Assembly (NCBI RefSeq): GCF_009914755.1
Contig: NC_060931.1
Length of the DNA: 64,000 bases
Reading direction: 5' to 3' (one strand)
Source of the DNA: the human T2T-CHM13v2.0 reference genome, Homo sapiens
The translations under genes were made by a program, and so were the position numbers. Each line of letters opens with the position of its first letter. The first letter of the stretch is position 1. Below the pieces are notes generated by a model. The model had not been told where the DNA came from and did no database searches. It saw only the letters and a list, made by a program, of their open reading frames with translations. Below are positions 36,563 to 54,643 of the stretch, one piece after another.

Positions 36563-37295
36563 GAGGGCAGGTAAGCAACTTTGCTACCCTCTATGCCTCT
36601 ACACAGTCATGAACATAATTTTGAAAGTATTTAATTATATTTAGTCTCACAAAAATCAGGAAGAGTACTTAAAGTAATATTCAGATTCACATATGATCTC
36701 AATTTTATTTACATGGTTTTGAGTGTGTAAGTGTGGTCACGGGGGAAAATCTCTAGCAAGAAATAAGAGAAGGATATCTGAGTGGGGAAATTACAGTTAT
36801 ATTTAGTGGGTGTTTTTTCTCAAAATGCTTTTCTGGGTTTAACTTAGATTATATCTCATAAAATTGCAGTTTTTGTAGGTTCACAATGAATGAAAACAAG
36901 TGATTTCATATAGTTTAGCAATACGAGTAGTGTAGTTAAGTAGCATACTTCCTTATAGAATTATTTATTTAAAGAAAATCCTTACTTCTATTATGTAATC
37001 CAACCATAGGTCTTTCAGATTGTATTTATAATGAAAACTTCATAGTAATGATGAGAAGTATCATTATTCTGCTGAATGTCTCTGCAGATTCAATTAAATT
37101 AAGCTAAATGGTTGAGTTAGATAAGTTTGCAGACTAGGATTGGCAATAAAGTTCATTTCTGGAGAAAGGATTGCTAGATATGGTCATTTGAAGTATCTTG
37201 AACAGAACAACATAAATAATAGAGTTAAATAATAGATTTTGGTTGATTCTGAGATGGATTCCTATTTGAATTCAGGGGTAAAAGTGGTTCATTGT

Positions 37296-37717
<422 letters not shown>

Positions 37718-40700
37718 TCATTGTAATAACAAATGGATCATTAAAGAGGGACACACACAAAAAAATTTAAGCTTGACTTTAGTCAAATAAAATTGCAACT
37801 GATGAAAATATGGAATGATAGAATTCATAAATACTAAGAGAAAGATCAGGTGAATTAACATGTATTTGAAACTATTGCAACGAATGTCAAGGTATGGGAT
37901 AATAATATGCAGAAGAGAATCATATCGTTTACCAAAAAGGTTATATTTTTATCTAACTGTCAAATAATTATATATATTTTTATTTCATTATCTTTATTTT
38001 ACTTAAGCACCAAAAAACAGAAGGAGTCAGTGTATTTTGCAAATGTGGAAAGATTATTGGGAATTGTACTGATCAATACTCACAAAAACATCTCCTCTCA
38101 AGGTCAAATGATAACCTCCAGATTCAGAATATACAAAGTAAATAACAGGCAGTAGTTGCTGTTTCCAGAATTGATTTTTGTTTTAACATGACTCTGGCAT
38201 TGTTTCATTTTTTAATGGTGACATTGCAATTTTAGCTTACAATAATCACCTAGCAATGACAGATTCTTGTATGAGCCTAATCTTCTTCAAATGACTTATT
38301 TAAAACCTTGAAATGTGTATACAGATGCACACTTGTACAAGTACTGTCACTATCTTACCTGCTTTCAAAAAAATCATGGGAAGAAACGACATGTTAATTT
38401 ATGCCGTAAGTGAATGAAGGAAAACATTTCAAATAGCTCTGAGAAAGGCAATAATCTATTAAAATCAAGTAGAAGAAAAAATTAAAAGGTTCTATCAACT
38501 CAGCTATTTATTTATTCAAAGACAGTGTCTAAATGAGCCAGAACTGACACCAGGGGCATTCAGCTACGTATTTTAGTGTCATATCAAATGTACTGGTGTT
38601 CTAAGTATATAAACAATATATTTGCATCATATTAGTGACAAATGTCATGCTAACACTGTAGCAAAAGGACTACAAGGGGATTTCATAGCTTATTTACACA
38701 ATGTGTTTCAAGGTACAAGAACTTATTTAGAATTTTCAAACAATCAGAGAATTATAGGAACTTTAAACCTTTGGTCAGAGAATTTTTATTTCGTAGCATA
38801 TATACTATTTATATTATTTAGTATAATTAATTCTTAATATTCTTGTGTTTTACAGAGTCAACCATTTTCATTAGGTTCCCTTCAGCATTTCTAGATAAGA
38901 ACTGTTGACTCTGAATCTATTTTTCTGATACTAACGCCTCAAAACTGCCCCTAATTAGTTAATGGTTTCTTCTTACTAAAATCTCCTTTTGAGAAAAGGC
39001 AGGAGGTTACCAGAAATACTTAAATTCTTCCCCTTCTGTACTCTTGGGCACGGTTATCTCTCCTACTTAAGGATAAATCTGTTTGCTCTTCTGTTTTGAC
39101 AAATTTTCCTTTATCTTACCTAGGCCATTTAAATCTGAGAAGCATCAGGCAGTCTTGCACTGTGAAACTACATGTTCTTGTTCCATGAGAAATGGTTTTG
39201 TAATAAATGTCTCCTGTACCAAACTATTTCTCAAATCTTTAAAAGGAACATGTCCTTTGAACTAACACAAGCACATACAGGATGAATCTATTTAAAAATT
39301 ATATTGTATGGTGATATTTAAAAATATTAAACTGTTTCAAGAAAAATAGGTTTAAAACAAGTTTCTGTTGTTATAGACAATTATGCAATCACTGGTCATC
39401 CGATTTCATTCACAGCAATAGAAGTCTAGTACTGTCTGAAAGAACAATCTATGTAGAAATACATTTATTAAACTCATGTTAAGTGCCTCTCCTAATTTAC
39501 AAAATTAAAAATAATTTTGTAAATATGAGCCTGAGGGATCACCATGTGCTTCTCTTGACATTTACATTAAAGTTAAATTCGACAATAGAAAAATTCTCTA
39601 TCCTTAACTTTGTAAAAATATCATTAACAATACATGTGGAAAAAATAGACTCTGTTACTCTTTTTCTTCTATCTTTTTTTATGAGACATTTGCATTTCTG
39701 ACAACTCTATCATTCAACTGTAAACTTGTTCACTGACTTCCACCAAACCTGTCAGTGGAGTTTAAGGACAGATGAGGATGCCACAGTAAACCTGAGTTTT
39801 CAAATACTACCAAAAAAAAGAAAAACCAGAAGTTTTTCCATTCAAAAACACTGCCACTTTCTGAGAGCAGGGTGAGAGCAGGTTATGGCATCTGCCCTCT
39901 TTGCCTCTTAACCAAGTGCTAGCCCCTTGCTAATTTTTGATCAGAGATCACATGACCCTTCTCTGCCCCTGGGTATTGACAAAGGTCATTTAATATCCCT
40001 AAATACAAATATTAGGGAGCTCTGGCTGGGGTATCGTCAAGACCCCTAACTGTAAACAAATTAGAGCTCTGAAAACCACAAGAAGGGTTTGGTTTTGTTA
40101 ACTCAAAGAAAATGTCCCATTACATTATTTTTTCCTTAGGACTAAGACCTTCCTAATATATTTTTGCATCATAAAGTAGAGCAACAAGAATTCTTTCCAG
40201 GTGTTTCCCTGTCTCCGCTTATGTGGAAGGCAGCTAGCGACTTCTTTCTCTGAGCTAGGAAAAAGGGAAATGTAATTCCTCTTGGAGTATCCTTTTATCG
40301 CCGTAGTTTTGCCCATTACAAAAGAGATTTGCCAAAATAAGTCTCTAAGATCCTTGAGACTAACAGCTTAGGGAAACTTTCATTCATCAAATCATCGCCA
40401 CCTAAAAAAATCCAGCAATAACAGGACTGAGCTACTGTGTTCTCCAGGTACAGCCAAATTCAAAATGTCATCTTTTCCAATATAAAAAGAGAATTCAGAC
40501 TTCTCTACAAGTATAGGGGTAATATAGATTTTCAAGATTTTTTCCCCTTAAAGACATAGAAGGGGGATTACATCATACAATATAGGATAACTTCCTACAA
40601 ATACTGATTAAACATCTCTTTTTCCCCAAATTTCCTTTCTCTAGTGCAGCTGCCACATCTCCCGCTTTTCTGACCCTTTCTCCTTGACAAACCGGTTGTA

Positions 40701-41340
40701 TGAACTGTCTCTTCTCCTTCACTCTTGGTCTGTTCTGAAAGTAAAGGCTTCTGTCCACATTCCATTTCTGTTAGAATTCAGGGCAATGGGATTGTAAAAA
40801 TTTATGATTTGGTATTTTTTTGCTTTCACCATCAAAAAAGAAAACAGAGACATCTAATAAAAACTAATGTAATTGTCGGGAGTGTCAAACTCTGTACATG
40901 GAAACTAGTATTCAAGAAAAAAATAGCACTTTTGCATTTGACTGTTAGAAATGTAATGGGGACATATAACACAAAGCTACATAGAGTCTTGAGTGACCAG
41001 TAACTAAGCATAGTAAAGGTTACCCAAATATCTTATACCATTGATCTCGTTAAATAACTTTTTTCTGAGTACATAATATAGACAAAATTGTATTAAAATA
41101 TGCTAAGAGATTGTATACTAATTCATAAAAATCTATTAAATGATGTCTTCCCCTTTCCAAAGTCTTGACAAATCACAGTGGGATAAATTTACTTCACCAA
41201 AGAAATTTATAATCACTCAATATTAGGAAAAGAAATCCCAAGTTTTAAAAATAAAAAAGTTTCTTCAAAACAAAATCCAGCACAAGAATAGGTCATTTTT
41301 CTTTTGTATTCTTTTTTTTTATAGCTTTTGTCCTCTGTCA

Positions 41341-41548
41341 CAGTGTTAACCAACTACATGTTATGAGTTTAATCCAGCCACCACCTATTTTTGTAAATGA
41401 AGTTTTATTGGCATACTGCAATACCTATCTATTTACATAATATCAATAGCTGCTTCACAGCTAAGTAGTTGCAACAGGGACTGTAAGATCTGCAAAGCCT
41501 AAAATATTTAGTATCTGTCCTTTTACAGAAAAAATTTGCCAAACACTG
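41341..41548 (+). mobile_element. MER58A-like hAT-Charlie DNA transposon
   Basis: CAGTGTT...AACACTG termini; internal TTTTTGTAAATGAAGTTTTATTGG and GCAAAGCCTAAAATATTTA. Confidence 0.85.
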
Positions 41549-41771
41549 CTCCATTATACCTCATTAATAATACAAAACTAATTTCAAATCTATTTACTAC
41601 TAGAATTTTCACTTTTTCTTACAGGTAAATTTAATTTTTTATCTACTGCACAAGATAGTACACTGAAATCCTTCAAAATTCAATAGATGAATCTCATGTG
41701 TATTAAAATGCCAGTTGAAACTAAGTGACAGCACTTTACTCATTTAAGACAGTTCTCTTTTATTAATACAG

Positions 41772-41810
41772 TGTAAATTACAACACCAAGGAGAGGTGTT
41801 GTAATTTACA
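41772..41810. repeat. Perfect 16-bp inverted repeat with 7-nt loop
   Basis: TGTAAATTACAACACC-AAGGAGA-GGTGTTGTAATTTACA. Confidence 0.97.
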
Positions 41811-41839
41811 GGATTTTGAGGATCTCAAACCTCTTATAG

Positions 41840-42182
<343 letters not shown>

Positions 42183-42397
42183 TGAATTTAGGTGTATCAA
42201 GAATGTTCTTAATATCACAATTAATTAGTTTCTTTGGTTAAATGTTAATCCCTTTGGCTTAGACTTTCCGACTATTATGAGAGAGGATATAATATTTCTA
42301 AAAAGTCATTTCACATCTGTATAACTTATCTTTTTCAATATTAAATCCCCACTTAGTTGTTTGTCTCTTACATTGTAGCTGATTTCAACAGGAACAT

Positions 42398-42640
42398 TGT
42401 ATTAGTTTGCTAGGGCTACCATAACAATGTACCATACCTGTGTCCAAATTTCCTTTTCTTACAAGGACACCAGACATATTGGATGAGGGCCCACCCTCGT
42501 TACCTCATTTTAATTTAATTACCTCTTTAAAGACATTATCTCCATCTACAGTTACACTTTGAAGCCCTGTGGGTTAGGACATCAACATTATGAATTTTGG
42601 CGGTGGTTAGGGTTGGGGGACACAATTCAGTCTACGTCAA
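42398..42640 (-). mobile_element. MLT1B/C-like solo LTR with internal deletion
   Basis: TGTATTAGTTTGCTAGGGCTACCATAACAA ... AAGGACACCAG ... GGGGGACACAATTCAG. Confidence 0.8.
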
Positions 42641-42869
42641 GCATAAAAGCTAAACATTAGGGGATAATGAGTTCATGTAAAATCAACTAATCTTTATTAT
42701 AAGCCCAATAATAAAATGTTTAAATTTTAGAACTGCATAAATGCTACAAAACTTGTCTTACTATTAACTCATAGTATCATCATCTTCTGATTACTTTATT
42801 CAACCCTTTTAAAAAATTGTTATTTTTGACAAATTCTAGAATTTCAAACTCTCACATAATCTTTATTTA

Positions 42870-43553
42870 TGAGGACTAAGCTCTGATTTTTTTTTATCTT
42901 GCCCAAATTCCTTTTTAAGGGGTCTGGGGAGTCATGCCCTACAAACCATAAATTCTCATCAGATGGGTTTTATTTAACCCTGTATATTGTGACTTACTTT
43001 CCAATATGACTCTGACATAGCAAGCGAAAAAATCAAAGTGTTTTACCCCAAAATATATTTCCTTGCCATAGCTTGGAGTTGCCCTGCAAAGTCTGTTGTG
43101 AGATAATCAACTAAGAGCCAGGCACCCTTTTAAGTCCAATAAGAAACATTTTACAACCTGCTCTCTGAAGTCTGCTATCTAAGAGCCTCCTCTGAACAAT
43201 AAAACTTGGTCTCCACAATCCTTTTTCTTATCCTGAACATTTCCTTTGATCCAAGGTCTTCATATAAACTCAACCAATTGTCAACCAGAAAATATTTAAA
43301 TTTACCTATAGCTTGGAAGTACCCCACCCTTGAGTTGTCACGCCTTTCTGAATGAAACTAAAGTATTTCTTAAATGTATTTGATTGATGTCTCATGCCTT
43401 CCTAGAGTATATTAAACTAAGCTGTACCCCGACCACCTTGGGCACATGTTCTCACCACCTCCTGAGGGCGGTGTCATGGGTCATGGTCACTCATATTTGG
43501 CTCAGAATAAATCTCTCAAAATATTTCACAGAGTTTGACTCTTTTCATCAACA
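42870..43553 (+). mobile_element. MER4D-like ERV1 solo LTR
   Basis: Starts TGAGGACTAAGCTCTGATTTTT, ends TTTTCATCAACA; AATAAA at ~43506; 4-bp TSD TTTA/CTTA. Confidence 0.88.
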
Positions 43554-45699
43554 CTTAATTAAAGTACAGCCACTAAACAAAAAAAAAATTACCCAATTAG
43601 CTAACCTTAAAGAAAGATTGTAAGTCATTTAGACTTAAAAAAAAATTAGAGATAAAATTGATTAATTTTGGACTTAATTAAATCATTGGACTTTTTTGTA
43701 AGTTTCTATTTTCCAGGAATAACATTCAATATAAAGTTCCTATTTGAAGATTATATCAAATTAGGAATGTTAGATGCATGTTTGATGAATCGGTGTACAT
43801 TTTCTACTATATTGCCCTGATGCTGAGCTGGATTACATCAGGGGTTCTTACATTATAAAGAATATCCAAAACTGACATTTTTGTTATGTTCTTGATGAAT
43901 TATTTAAGAAAAATAGCAAGTCTCAACATGTGAACATATAACCTAAAAATGTCAATATTTAAATACCTTCTTGAGAGTTTTGGTGTATCAAGGGCCCTAG
44001 CTACAATTAACACTACTGTCATTCTTCCGTTTTTGTTATTTGTTTAGTTTCAATTGCTTTTAATCATTCTCTCCATGTCTCAGCTTCCTTAGGGCTTCAA
44101 GGAGGAGACTTTCACAAATTACTTAGGGTAATTAAGATTTCTTGGGAGGATATATATGCCAAACCCATACAGGAAGTCATCTCATCAGTTAACACTAGCT
44201 CCTAGTTTTTCCAACATGGGTATGTGCAGCTAGCTTCATTGAGAAGCGGAGAAGTAATTCACTAAGTGAAGCAAGAACTTGATTTCAGGTTGCTTGTTTT
44301 TTCCCATTCACTGGTAAATAACTGGTTCTGAGGCAGTAGGGTGCTGTCTGGTAGGCAGCACCCCTATTATTGGGCAGATTTGATGCTAAGCTGTACTGAG
44401 ATACCAAATCTCCCTCACAATCAGCCTGTTGGTAACTTCTCCCCACTTGTGAACCAATTCTCTGTTTCAATCAGCTATGGTTAAAGTTGCAGGATTCTTT
44501 TCAATTTCTCTATGAGTTACAGTAGTTTATAAAGGAAAGAAATTGTTAATGCCACTTCCTTAAAGAGTGATTCTGTGTATGGCAACTTGGGCTTTGTGTG
44601 CTTTTCTTTTGGCTTCTTGAATATATTCAGGAATAGCGGACATCCAGCAGTGTAGCAAAGCACATGAAGCAAGAGTAGTATGTTTCAGAAGTAAGAAAAC
44701 AGGCCCTCAGTATAATTTTCTAGTAAGCTCACTATCACTTCTTCGTAAAATCCAGTAGCACGTGTTTTTTACGATAGTGGAGGAAAAAATGATTATACAA
44801 AACATACATAAATTATGTTCTTATATAAAAAAGTAGACTATTCAATTTGCTTGCTTTTAATATATTCATAAAATTAAAGAAAATGAGTACAACAAATGCT
44901 GAGTTGTTAGCTTCCATTTAAAAGACTTAATTCAGAGCTTCAGGAAATTTACTTGTAAAATTAAATTGGATGAGTAATGTAAATGAACTGAAAATTCCAG
45001 TAAAGATCATAAATAAAATAGTATAGCTGCAGTTTATCAACTTGAATGGAGTCAGAAATTGGAGTCCACAAAGTGTGACAATTTGAAATAGCCTTATTTA
45101 ACACTTATATTTAAAGATGTGAATTATAATATCATAATTGTACCTAAATTTATGTATCTATTTGTAATTCTTATACATTTTTGCTAAATTTTTATGTATT
45201 TTAACAGCTGAAGAGGCATAAATAAGTAAATAAAATAAATAAAATTTGGAAAATAGTTCACATATATATATATATTTTATCTTTGGAAGTTGCCAGGAAT
45301 CTTTAGAGCCAAAGCCTATGAAAAGTAATGAATGACAGGGATTCAAACTTCAATAATTATGATAAGCCCTAGCAAGCAAAAGAACTCTATTGTCAGTATC
45401 ATATTTATTTCTAATTATTTTAACTTATCTGGAACTTATAGCCTCATTTCTAAGGATAACCAGTACAGTTATAAGCTTGTTATCCATGTCCCTCCATATA
45501 AACTGCTGAAAGGCATTTACAGTCATAGGTCAATGCATGGCCACCAATTTCAGCACTTAACAGAGTGGAATAATCATTAACCTCTCTACAACTGCTAATT
45601 TGACTAAATTAACTTAATAGTAATTAGCTCTAACCATTCAGTTTAGTCAAATTGGGTGATGATTCATCCCAAAAATGTGAACATTATACATCCTTGACC

Positions 45700-45890
45700 T
45701 TTCATCTTTTTATTTTAAATATTCTCCCCCATGTGATGCATGTTCACCTTCATCATCTATAAGCTGATGACTCACAGATCAAAATCTTCAGTTTGGATGT
45801 CTCTCCTACATTCAGTTTCATAATAAACAATTTCCCAAGCATGTCTGACAAACACCTCAAACTCAACTAGTCCAAAGGAAAGCTCAGGTT
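45700..45890 (+). mobile_element. L2 fragment (RT region)
   Basis: ATCTATAAGCTGATGACTC (YADD-derived) and CACCTCAAACTCAAC motifs; continues at ~49020. Confidence 0.65.
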
Positions 45891-45924
45891 TCTTCGAAGG
45901 AGGGGTCAGCTTTATTCAGGTATT

Positions 45925-45929
<5 letters not shown>

Positions 45930-45969
<40 letters not shown>

Positions 45970-46069
45970 TATGTTATACGTAATATATTATTACATAATA
46001 ATATATTATAATATATAACAGATATATATTATATGTTATATTGTACATAATTATATATAATAAAATATA
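45930..46069. repeat. (TA)n and AT-rich low-complexity tract
   Basis: Direct read; lies at the tail position of the adjacent minus-strand L1. Confidence 0.95.
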
Positions 46070-49000
<2,931 letters not shown>

Positions 49001-49019
49001 CTGGTATTTTAGTTCATGT

Positions 49020-49880
49020 ACCTTTTCCCAGACCTTCTTATCTTCCTGGGTTTCCTGACTTAGCAAATGTTCAACATCTATCCAGTTGTACAGACTGGAA
49101 TTATCTTAATTTCATTCTTGACTTCAATCTTCTCCACCTCATATTGCCACATTCTTTCAATTTTATCTTTTTAAGAACATTTTCATTCCCTAAATTTCTA
49201 TTTCCATAAGCTACAATTGGGATCAGGCCAAAATCATCTGCTACCTGTATTGCATCAACTGCCTCCTACGTGATCTCTCTGCTTCCCGTGTTGTCCATCA
49301 ATCATTGATGCCTCCTTACACATATACTCTAGCCACTACCTCCACAAAATTCATTCTCAACAGTACAAACATCTGACCATGGTCTTTGTAACTGTTCAAA
49401 AGTATACCATTTGCCTAAATACAAAGTTGAAATTGTTTAATAAGGTACAGCAAATGTAGTTAATTGTTTACAAAGGCCTTTCATTATCTTGCCACAGCTT
49501 GCCTCTCCAAATTTATCTCTCTCCTCTCTCTCCACCGCTAGCCACAGTTTCAAAGCCCTAGCCAGACCTAATATTGACACTTGGTTTCTTAATGTGTTGA
49601 AACTTTTGACCAAGTCTCTATTTTGAATTTTCTTTTTTAGCCCCAACCTTCAATGTGTTGCCATTATATCCAACGTTTTACTTCCATCTCATCATCTAGA
49701 ACCTTGTATTATACTTTCTGTGTGTTTTACTGGCCATGCTCCCTTTAGACTAGACATTTTTTAAGGTCAAAGGCTACATCTTATTGGCTGCTCTGTGTTT
49801 AGTATCTGACAACATGATAGGAGATCAATAAATCATTTATTTGCTTCATAAATAAATGAATGCTTAATAAATAAATGAAT
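49020..49880 (+). mobile_element. L2 3' portion
   Basis: Pyrimidine-rich L2 motifs (TCATTCTTGACTTC) and terminal TCAATAAAT...AATAAATGAATG. Confidence 0.65.
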
Positions 49881-50588
49881 TATCTTCTGAGTTTGTGCTT
49901 ATAAGAGATGAAACTATTAAATATATAATATGCTGCAGGTATTCCGCCTTTAATAGGTCTATGATGTGTTCAGACTATACATATCTTTAGCAGGAGAAAA
50001 TGGCAAAAATTATAGTAACAGCTATTGACAACACCCAAGAGATGGTAATTCAGAGCCAAAAATGTTCCCAGCCCATTTCTGTAAATATAAAAAATATTTC
50101 AGCTTTTATCTGCTAAATTTTAGGCTTTTTCACTGAAGGAACCATAACTTACTGGTCTTTCTAAATCTATGAATTCCCTGCACCAGTAGATTTCTTGGAA
50201 GGTAGTAAATCAGTGTTTGTTGAATATGTAAATTATTCAAATTGCTTATTAGATAGAAATACAGATACCTTAGGGAGAGGTTATATCCTAAACCTTACCA
50301 ACTAACAATTTAGTTACGTAGGATCAGGAGAAATAGCATGGAGAATATTTGTTCAGAAAAGCTGTATAAAATCTGAGGGAGAGAAGAATAGTTGTGGTAA
50401 GATATTAAAAAGAAAGAGTGCCAACTTCACAGCCCTACGTAGAAGAAGCCTTCCACCAAGTGTTTCTTTCTCCTTAGGCCACTGCATTATTTAGTCATTC
50501 ATTGTTTTGTCTTCATAACTAATGCTCTGAGCTTAATATATCCAGACACAAATAAATTATCAAATAAATTTACAGGATCCCAAGTGTA

Positions 50589-50722
50589 TATTATCCCTAT
50601 TTACAGAAGAGGAAACTAAAACTCAGAGAGTTAACCAACCATATGCTTAGTAAGTCCCACAGCTAGGGCTAGAATTAAGGTAGGGCAGCTTTAAAGCCCA
50701 TGACCCTAGCCACTATACTATC
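50589..50722 (-). mobile_element. MIR
   Basis: Core ATTTACAGAAGAGGAAACTAAAACTCAGAGAGTTAA. Confidence 0.75.
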
Positions 50723-51169
50723 CTATCTCTTAACATTAAGAAAATAAAAATACAAATATATAAGGGGAAAGACAGAGCACCATATATGGATGTTGGCATC
50801 CCAGAGTAAAGACCTTTTTGTATTTGAGTTTCTTCAGCCTGCCTCTTCCTCATGCATCTTGAAGATAAGCCTGCTGGTTATTAACACATCCCCATATACC
50901 TCAATTTCCAAATAGGTCACTTTATTTTTGGGAGAGTCTGTTGGTAAAATAGACCTACATCACTGGGCAGAAAATTACTCTATAATCTATTCTTACATTA
51001 TTAACTTACAGCCTTATAAGATCAGAAATCTGAGTGAAAAAGAAAACTCAACCCTCAAAAGTCAAAGACCAAATGAATTAAAAAACGAAACTGGAACAAA
51101 CTCAATTAAAATTTAAAAAATCACAAGGACTTAAAATATTCATAAGTATTCATTGTTTAATAAGGATAG

Positions 51170-51350
51170 TATTGTAATAGCTACTATTTATCACATACTA
51201 TCAACAGCTACATTTCTAAATATTTACTAAGTCATTCGGTCCCAATTAAAGTCCTATAAAGTAAGTATGTCAATTATCTACATTTTTACTACAGAAATTG
51301 AGGCATAAAGCAGTTAAATAATTTGCCCAAAGTTACACAGAAAATAAGCA
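51170..51350 (-). mobile_element. MIR
   Basis: GAAATTGAGGCATAAAGCAGTTAAATAATTTGCCCAAAGTTACACAG. Confidence 0.7.
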
Positions 51351-51399
51351 GCAGAAAAAATGTTGAATACATAAACAAGAAAACGATATAATTTCCAAA

Positions 51400-52050
51400 G
51401 ATCAATCAAATAATGAAATATTCCTGGGATTTAAATTACAATTGATGAAATAACTAACTGGAGGAGTGGAACATATTTTAGGAAATCTAGAAATTTAAAA
51501 CAAATCAAGGTAAAGATGAATAAAAAGAGAAAACTTAGAACACGCTGAGGTTTAATTCTCGTTATCCCATCAGTTTAATATGTGTCTCAGACAGAGAGTA
51601 CAGAAAAAAATGGAGAAGAAATATAATAAAATAATTTTTTCAGGAGATATCTTTATTCTGAGAGATTTAATGAAGGGCTACTTCCCAGACATAAGTTTTC
51701 ATGTAAAAGTCTTCACAAGTGCGTAGCAGAAGGAATGACAGAGGACCCATACCTAGACATAGCCTCAAAAAATTTGAGAATATGAAAAAAAGTCCAGGGT
51801 TCAGAAACAAGTGACCCAAAAAAGAGTATGAAACAGACTGATCTCAGACTTCTCATCAGCTACACTGAATGTAAGACCCAAATGGAGCAATATTTCCTAA
51901 GCTATGAGGTAAAGTGATTTTGAAAATATATTTTAACAATAAACTATGAATACATAGATGGAAAATAAAGTTAGTTTCAGCAATGAAGAGACTCAATGAC
52001 AGTTATTTTCTCAAATATGTTTTTGGAAAAAAATAAAAGAAGATCTATTC
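51400..52050 (+). mobile_element. Ancient HAL1/L1M ORF1-like fragment
   Basis: GACCCATACCTAGACAT and CAGACTGATCTCAGACTTCTCATCAGC ORF1-like motifs; A-rich plus strand. Confidence 0.5.
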
Positions 52051-52469
52051 CAGCAAAAACAAAAGAACAATAAAAACAAAAAAGCACACACACATTTGCA
52101 GCAAAGAACAGAGATACTGAATCAGAAGTTTAATGAAAATAAGTATTGCAAAGATAGCCGAGCAAAAGTGTACAAAGCAGTTGACCTCAATGAGAAGACT
52201 CAGACAGCAGAACATCTTTAAGAATAAAATAGATTCCATTCAAAAAGTAGTAGTGATAAAGTTGGTGTGATCCTCTCATATACTTTTTAAAAGGCAATTT
52301 GAAGCTCTAGGAGTAACAAAAATTCATAAAAGAAAGTCATGGCTCACATACGCAATCTCCTAAAATACAACTTAACTTTGAGCCCTGAATAGGATTTAAG
52401 AAATGAAAGTCTATTTGACGGTACAGAGTGAAGCAGTATGTGTTGAGTGGCAGAGGCTCTCTGACATAG

Positions 52470-54643
52470 TGTATTAGTCCATTCTCATGCTGCTATGAAG
52501 AAATACCCAAGACTGGGTATTTCTTTATATTCTTTATATATATCTTTATATTCTTTATAAATATAAAGAAAAGAGGTTTAATTAACTCACAGTTCCACGT
52601 GGCTGGGAAGGCCTCAGAATACTTACAATCATGGAAGAAGGCAGCTCTTCACAGGGTGGCAGGAGAGAGAATGAGTGCAAGCAGGGGAGGTGTCAGATGC
52701 TTATAAAACCATAAGATATCATGAGACTCACTATCATGAGAACAACATGGGGGAAACCACCCCCATTATTTAATTACCTTTACCTGGTCCCACCCTTGAC
52801 TCATGGGGATTATTACAATTTAAGGTGAGATTTGGTAGGGAACACAGAGCCAAACCATATTATTCCACCCCAGCCCCTCCCAAATGTCATGTCCTTGCAT
52901 TTCATAACACATTCTTGCCCTTCCCACAGTCCCCCAACGTCTTAACTCATTCCAACATTAATTAAAAAGTCTACGTCCAAAGTCTCAGAAACAAGGCAAG
53001 TCCCTTCCACCTATGAGCCTGTAAAATCAAAAGTAAGCTAGTTACTTCCTAGATACAATGGGGATACATGCATTGGGTAAGTACACCCATTACAAATGGG
53101 AGAAATTGGCCAAAACAAAGGGGCTACACTTTCCATGCAAGTCCAAAATCCAATAGGGCATTCATTAAATCTTAAAGTTCCAAAATGATCTGCTTTGACT
53201 CCAAGCCTCACATCCAGGTCAGGCTGATGCAAGAGGTGGGCTCCCATGACTCTGGGCAGCTCCACCCCCATGGCTTTGCAGGGTATTGCCCCACTCCTGG
53301 CTGCTTTCATGGGCTGGCACTGAGTGTCTGTTACTTTTCCAGGTGCATGGTGCAAGCTGTCAGTGGATCTACCATTTTGGGGTCTGGAGAAGAGTGGCTC
53401 ACAGCACCACTAGGCAGTGCCCCAGTGGGGACTCCGTGTGGGGGCTCCAACCCCACATTTGCCTTCCATATTGCCTTAGCGGAGGTTCTCCATGAGGTCT
53501 CCACTCCTGCAGCAAACTTCTGCCTGGACATCCAGGTATTTCCATACATTTCATGAAATCTAGGTGGAGGTTCCCAAACCTAAATTCTTGACTTCTGTGC
53601 ACCCATAAGCCCAACATCAATATAAGCTGTCAAGGCTTGGGGCTTGCACCCTCTGAAGCAATGGCCCGAGCTGTACCTTGGCCCCATTTAGCCATGGCTG
53701 GAGTTAAAGCAGCTGCTGGGACACACTGCACCATGTCTCAAGGCTGCATAGCACAGGGGGCCCATGGGCCTGGCCCAGGAAACCATTTTTTCCTCATAGG
53801 CCTCCAGGCCCGTGATGGGAGGGGCTGCCATAAAGGTCTCTGACATGCCCTAGAGACATTTTCCCCATAGTCTTGGTGATTAACCTTTGGCTCCTTATTA
53901 CTTATGCAAATTTCTGTAGCCAGCTTGTATTTCCCCCCAGATACCCTAATTCATCTCTCTTAGGTTTAAAATTCCACACATCTCTAGAGCAGGGGAAAAA
54001 TGCTGCCAGTTTCTTTGCATAGCAAGACTGACCATACTCCAGTTTCCAACACATTCCTCATTTCCATCTGAGACCACCTCAGCCTGGATTTCATTGACCA
54101 TATCACTAACAGTATTTTTGTCAAAGCCATCCAACAAGCCCCTAGGAAGTTTCAAACTTTCTCACATCTTCCTGTCTTCTTCTGAGACCTCCAAACTGTT
54201 CCAACCTCTATCTGTTACCCAATTCCAAAGTTGCTTCCACATTTTCAGGTATCTTTACATCAGCACCCCACTCCTGGTACCAATTTTCTATATTAATCCA
54301 TTCTCACACTGCCATGAAGAAATACCCAAGACTAGGTAATTTATAAAGAAAAGATTCACAGTTCCACATGGCTGGGAAGGCCTCAGGAAACTTATAATTA
54401 TGGCAGAAGGCACTTCTTCACAGAGTGGCAGGAGAGAGAATAAGTTCAAGCAGGGGAAATACCAGACACTTATAAAATCATCATACATCATATTTTTTGA
54501 GACTCACTCATTTTCACAAGAACAGCATGGAAGAAACCACCCCCCCATGATTCAATTACCTCCACTTGGTCTGCCCTTGACACATGAGGATTATTACAAT
54601 TCAAAGTAAGATTTGGTTGGGGACACAAAGCCAGAACAAATCA
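52470..54643 (-). mobile_element. Complete THE1D/MSTA-like ERVL-MaLR element (3' LTR 52470-52862, internal 52863-54288, 5' LTR 54289-54643)
   Basis: Two LTRs, THE1-type internal region, perfect 5-bp TSD CATAG at 52465-52469 and 54644-54648. Confidence 0.95.
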
